NCBI RefSeq assembly: GCF_004010195.1
Contig: NC_057728.1
Coordinates: forward strand, 43,410,440-43,430,439
Length of the DNA: 20,000 bases
Reading direction: 5' to 3'
Source of the DNA: Chiloscyllium plagiosum
Lineage: Eukaryota
In this document: positions 18,754 through 20,000 of the stretch, piece after piece
Layout of the letters: each line of letters begins with the position of its first letter
How positions within the stretch are numbered: the first letter of the stretch is position 1
Position numbers and translations under genes: made by a program
Notes under the pieces: model-generated
Told to the model about the DNA's origin: nothing
The model's input: only the letters and a program-made list of their open reading frames with translations
The model's database searches: none

Positions 18754-19037
18754 GGGCGGCACGGTGGCTCAGTGGTTAGCACTGCTGCCTCACAGCGCCA
18801 GAGACCCGGGTTCAATTCCCGCCTCAGGCGACTGACTGTGTGGAGTTTGCACATTCTCCCCGTGTCTGCGTGGGTTTTCTCCAGGTGCTCCGGTTTCCTC
18901 CCACAGTCCAAAGATGTGCAGGTCAGGTGAATTGGCCATGCTAAGGGATATGGGTGGGTTGCGCTTCAGCGGGGCGGTGTGGACTTGTTGGGCCGAAGGG
19001 CCTGTTTCCACACTGTAAGTAATCTAATCTAATCTAA
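18754..19037 (+). mobile_element. HE1-type V-SINE (tRNA head, V domain, CR1/HER1-type tail)
   Basis: A box TGGCTCAGTGG (18765-18775); B box GGTTCAATTCC (18809-18819); V domain GTGTGGAGTTTGCACATTCTCCCCGTGTCTGCGTGGGTTT..CCGGTTTCCTCCCACAGTCCAAAGA; tail GGGCCGAAGGGCCTGTTTCC followed by (TAATC)3. Confidence 0.95.
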
Positions 19038-19817
19038 AGACTGCTCAACAAATTATTTGTGCTTATCAGCGGCCTCTCTTAGAAGTCCATTGGGTCCTGA
19101 CATCTTACATGAGAGGGCCAATGAAACTGCTACCATTGCCTCTGATAGTCTATCTCACTCTCTTCTGCAACCTAGTGAGTCCTATCCTGCCTTCACGCAC
19201 ATTTAGTCGGGGACTATATAATGATTTTCAGCCTCTGCTACTTGTACTGTAACTAACAGCCATTCCTTCCACTGGTGCTAGTGATATGAGGAACATCAAC
19301 CTCTGATCTGCCAACTGCTCTTGGCACTTGATGATTCTGCATGATTCAATAACTGTCACATAAATTACTGAAAATTACTTGATTCCATTGACCTCCTCCC
19401 ATGGTACTGATAGATATTCCCTGCCAGTTCCCTGACCATTGACTCAATACCGACTAACGTTTCAAGTTGACAAGTATCTATTTCCATGACAAATTTTGGA
19501 TTGCCAGTAAATTTAAAGTAGTTCAAAAGGGAGAAATTAAAAAAAAGGAGAGGGATTTACAGCAGGTAGCCGAATTCACAAGTGTTTGTGAAGGTGTTTC
19601 AAGAAGCCATGTATTTTCATGAGGTTCCTGGCTTTTTCCATGATTCAGGATCCAATCAATGGCAGTCACACTATGTAAGGGTTCAAAACACTATGTAAGG
19701 AACCAAAATCAAACAACTAAGACTCCAGTTGCCTCAATGTTCTTGTCGTGTGTGAAAACACCTGTTAAGCATTCAGATTATCATCCAAAATAGATAAAAT
19801 TACCATACTTTCTCCAT

Positions 19818-20000
19818 ATTGGGAGAGATAGGTGCGTGCAACAGGGTAGGTTTTACAATTGGGGGAAGGGTAATTACAATGCTGTAAGACAGGATCTGAG
19901 GAGCATAAGTTGGGAGCATAGGCTGTCAGGGAAGGATGTCATGGAAATGTGGAACTTTTTCAAGGAACAGATACGACGTGTCCTTGATGTGTATGTGCCT
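19818..20000 (+). mobile_element. Relatively young CR1 LINE ORF2 segment running off the window edge
   Basis: 61 uninterrupted codons: IGRDRCVQQGRFYNWGKGNYNAVRQDLRSISWEHRLSGKDVMEMWNFFKEQIRRVLDVYVP, matching the CR1 post-endonuclease linker NW.K.NY...R..L....W. Confidence 0.85.

Noticed and set aside
18754..18825. tRNA-like sequence
   Set aside because: It is the head of the HE1 SINE and continues into the V domain; it is not a tRNA gene.
19668..19700. 13-bp direct repeat ACACTATGTAAGG with 20-nt period
   Set aside because: Only two copies, consistent with a simple local tandem duplication.

Overview
This is vertebrate nuclear DNA, most likely from a shark or another cartilaginous fish, judged from the HE1/V-SINE with a (TAATC)n tail and the repeat families present. 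It is mostly intronic. The only host coding sequence I can support is one 222-bp, phase-0/phase-0 exon (1909-2130, minus strand) of a liprin-alpha gene of the PPFIA2/PPFIA4 type. Most of the rest is nested transposons: decayed CR1 LINE pieces; a ~3.6-kb CR1/L2-group LINE whose 5' region resembles the Deu-SINE domain; a near-complete Penelope-like element (RT + GIY-YIG) with an inverted 5' segment; an RTE endonuclease fragment; a full-length 5.64-kb L1-clade LINE with a perfect 14-bp target-site duplication (TSD); a Gypsy pol remnant; and two tRNA-derived SINEs. The most striking unannotated pattern is a set of minimal hammerhead-ribozyme-like cores (CTGANGA-stem-GAAA) at seven loci. One lies in the Penelope terminal region and six in short non-coding inserts, three of which are fold-back palindromes. 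All family names come from my recollection of protein and repeat motifs, not from database searches. I see no evidence of a prokaryotic system.
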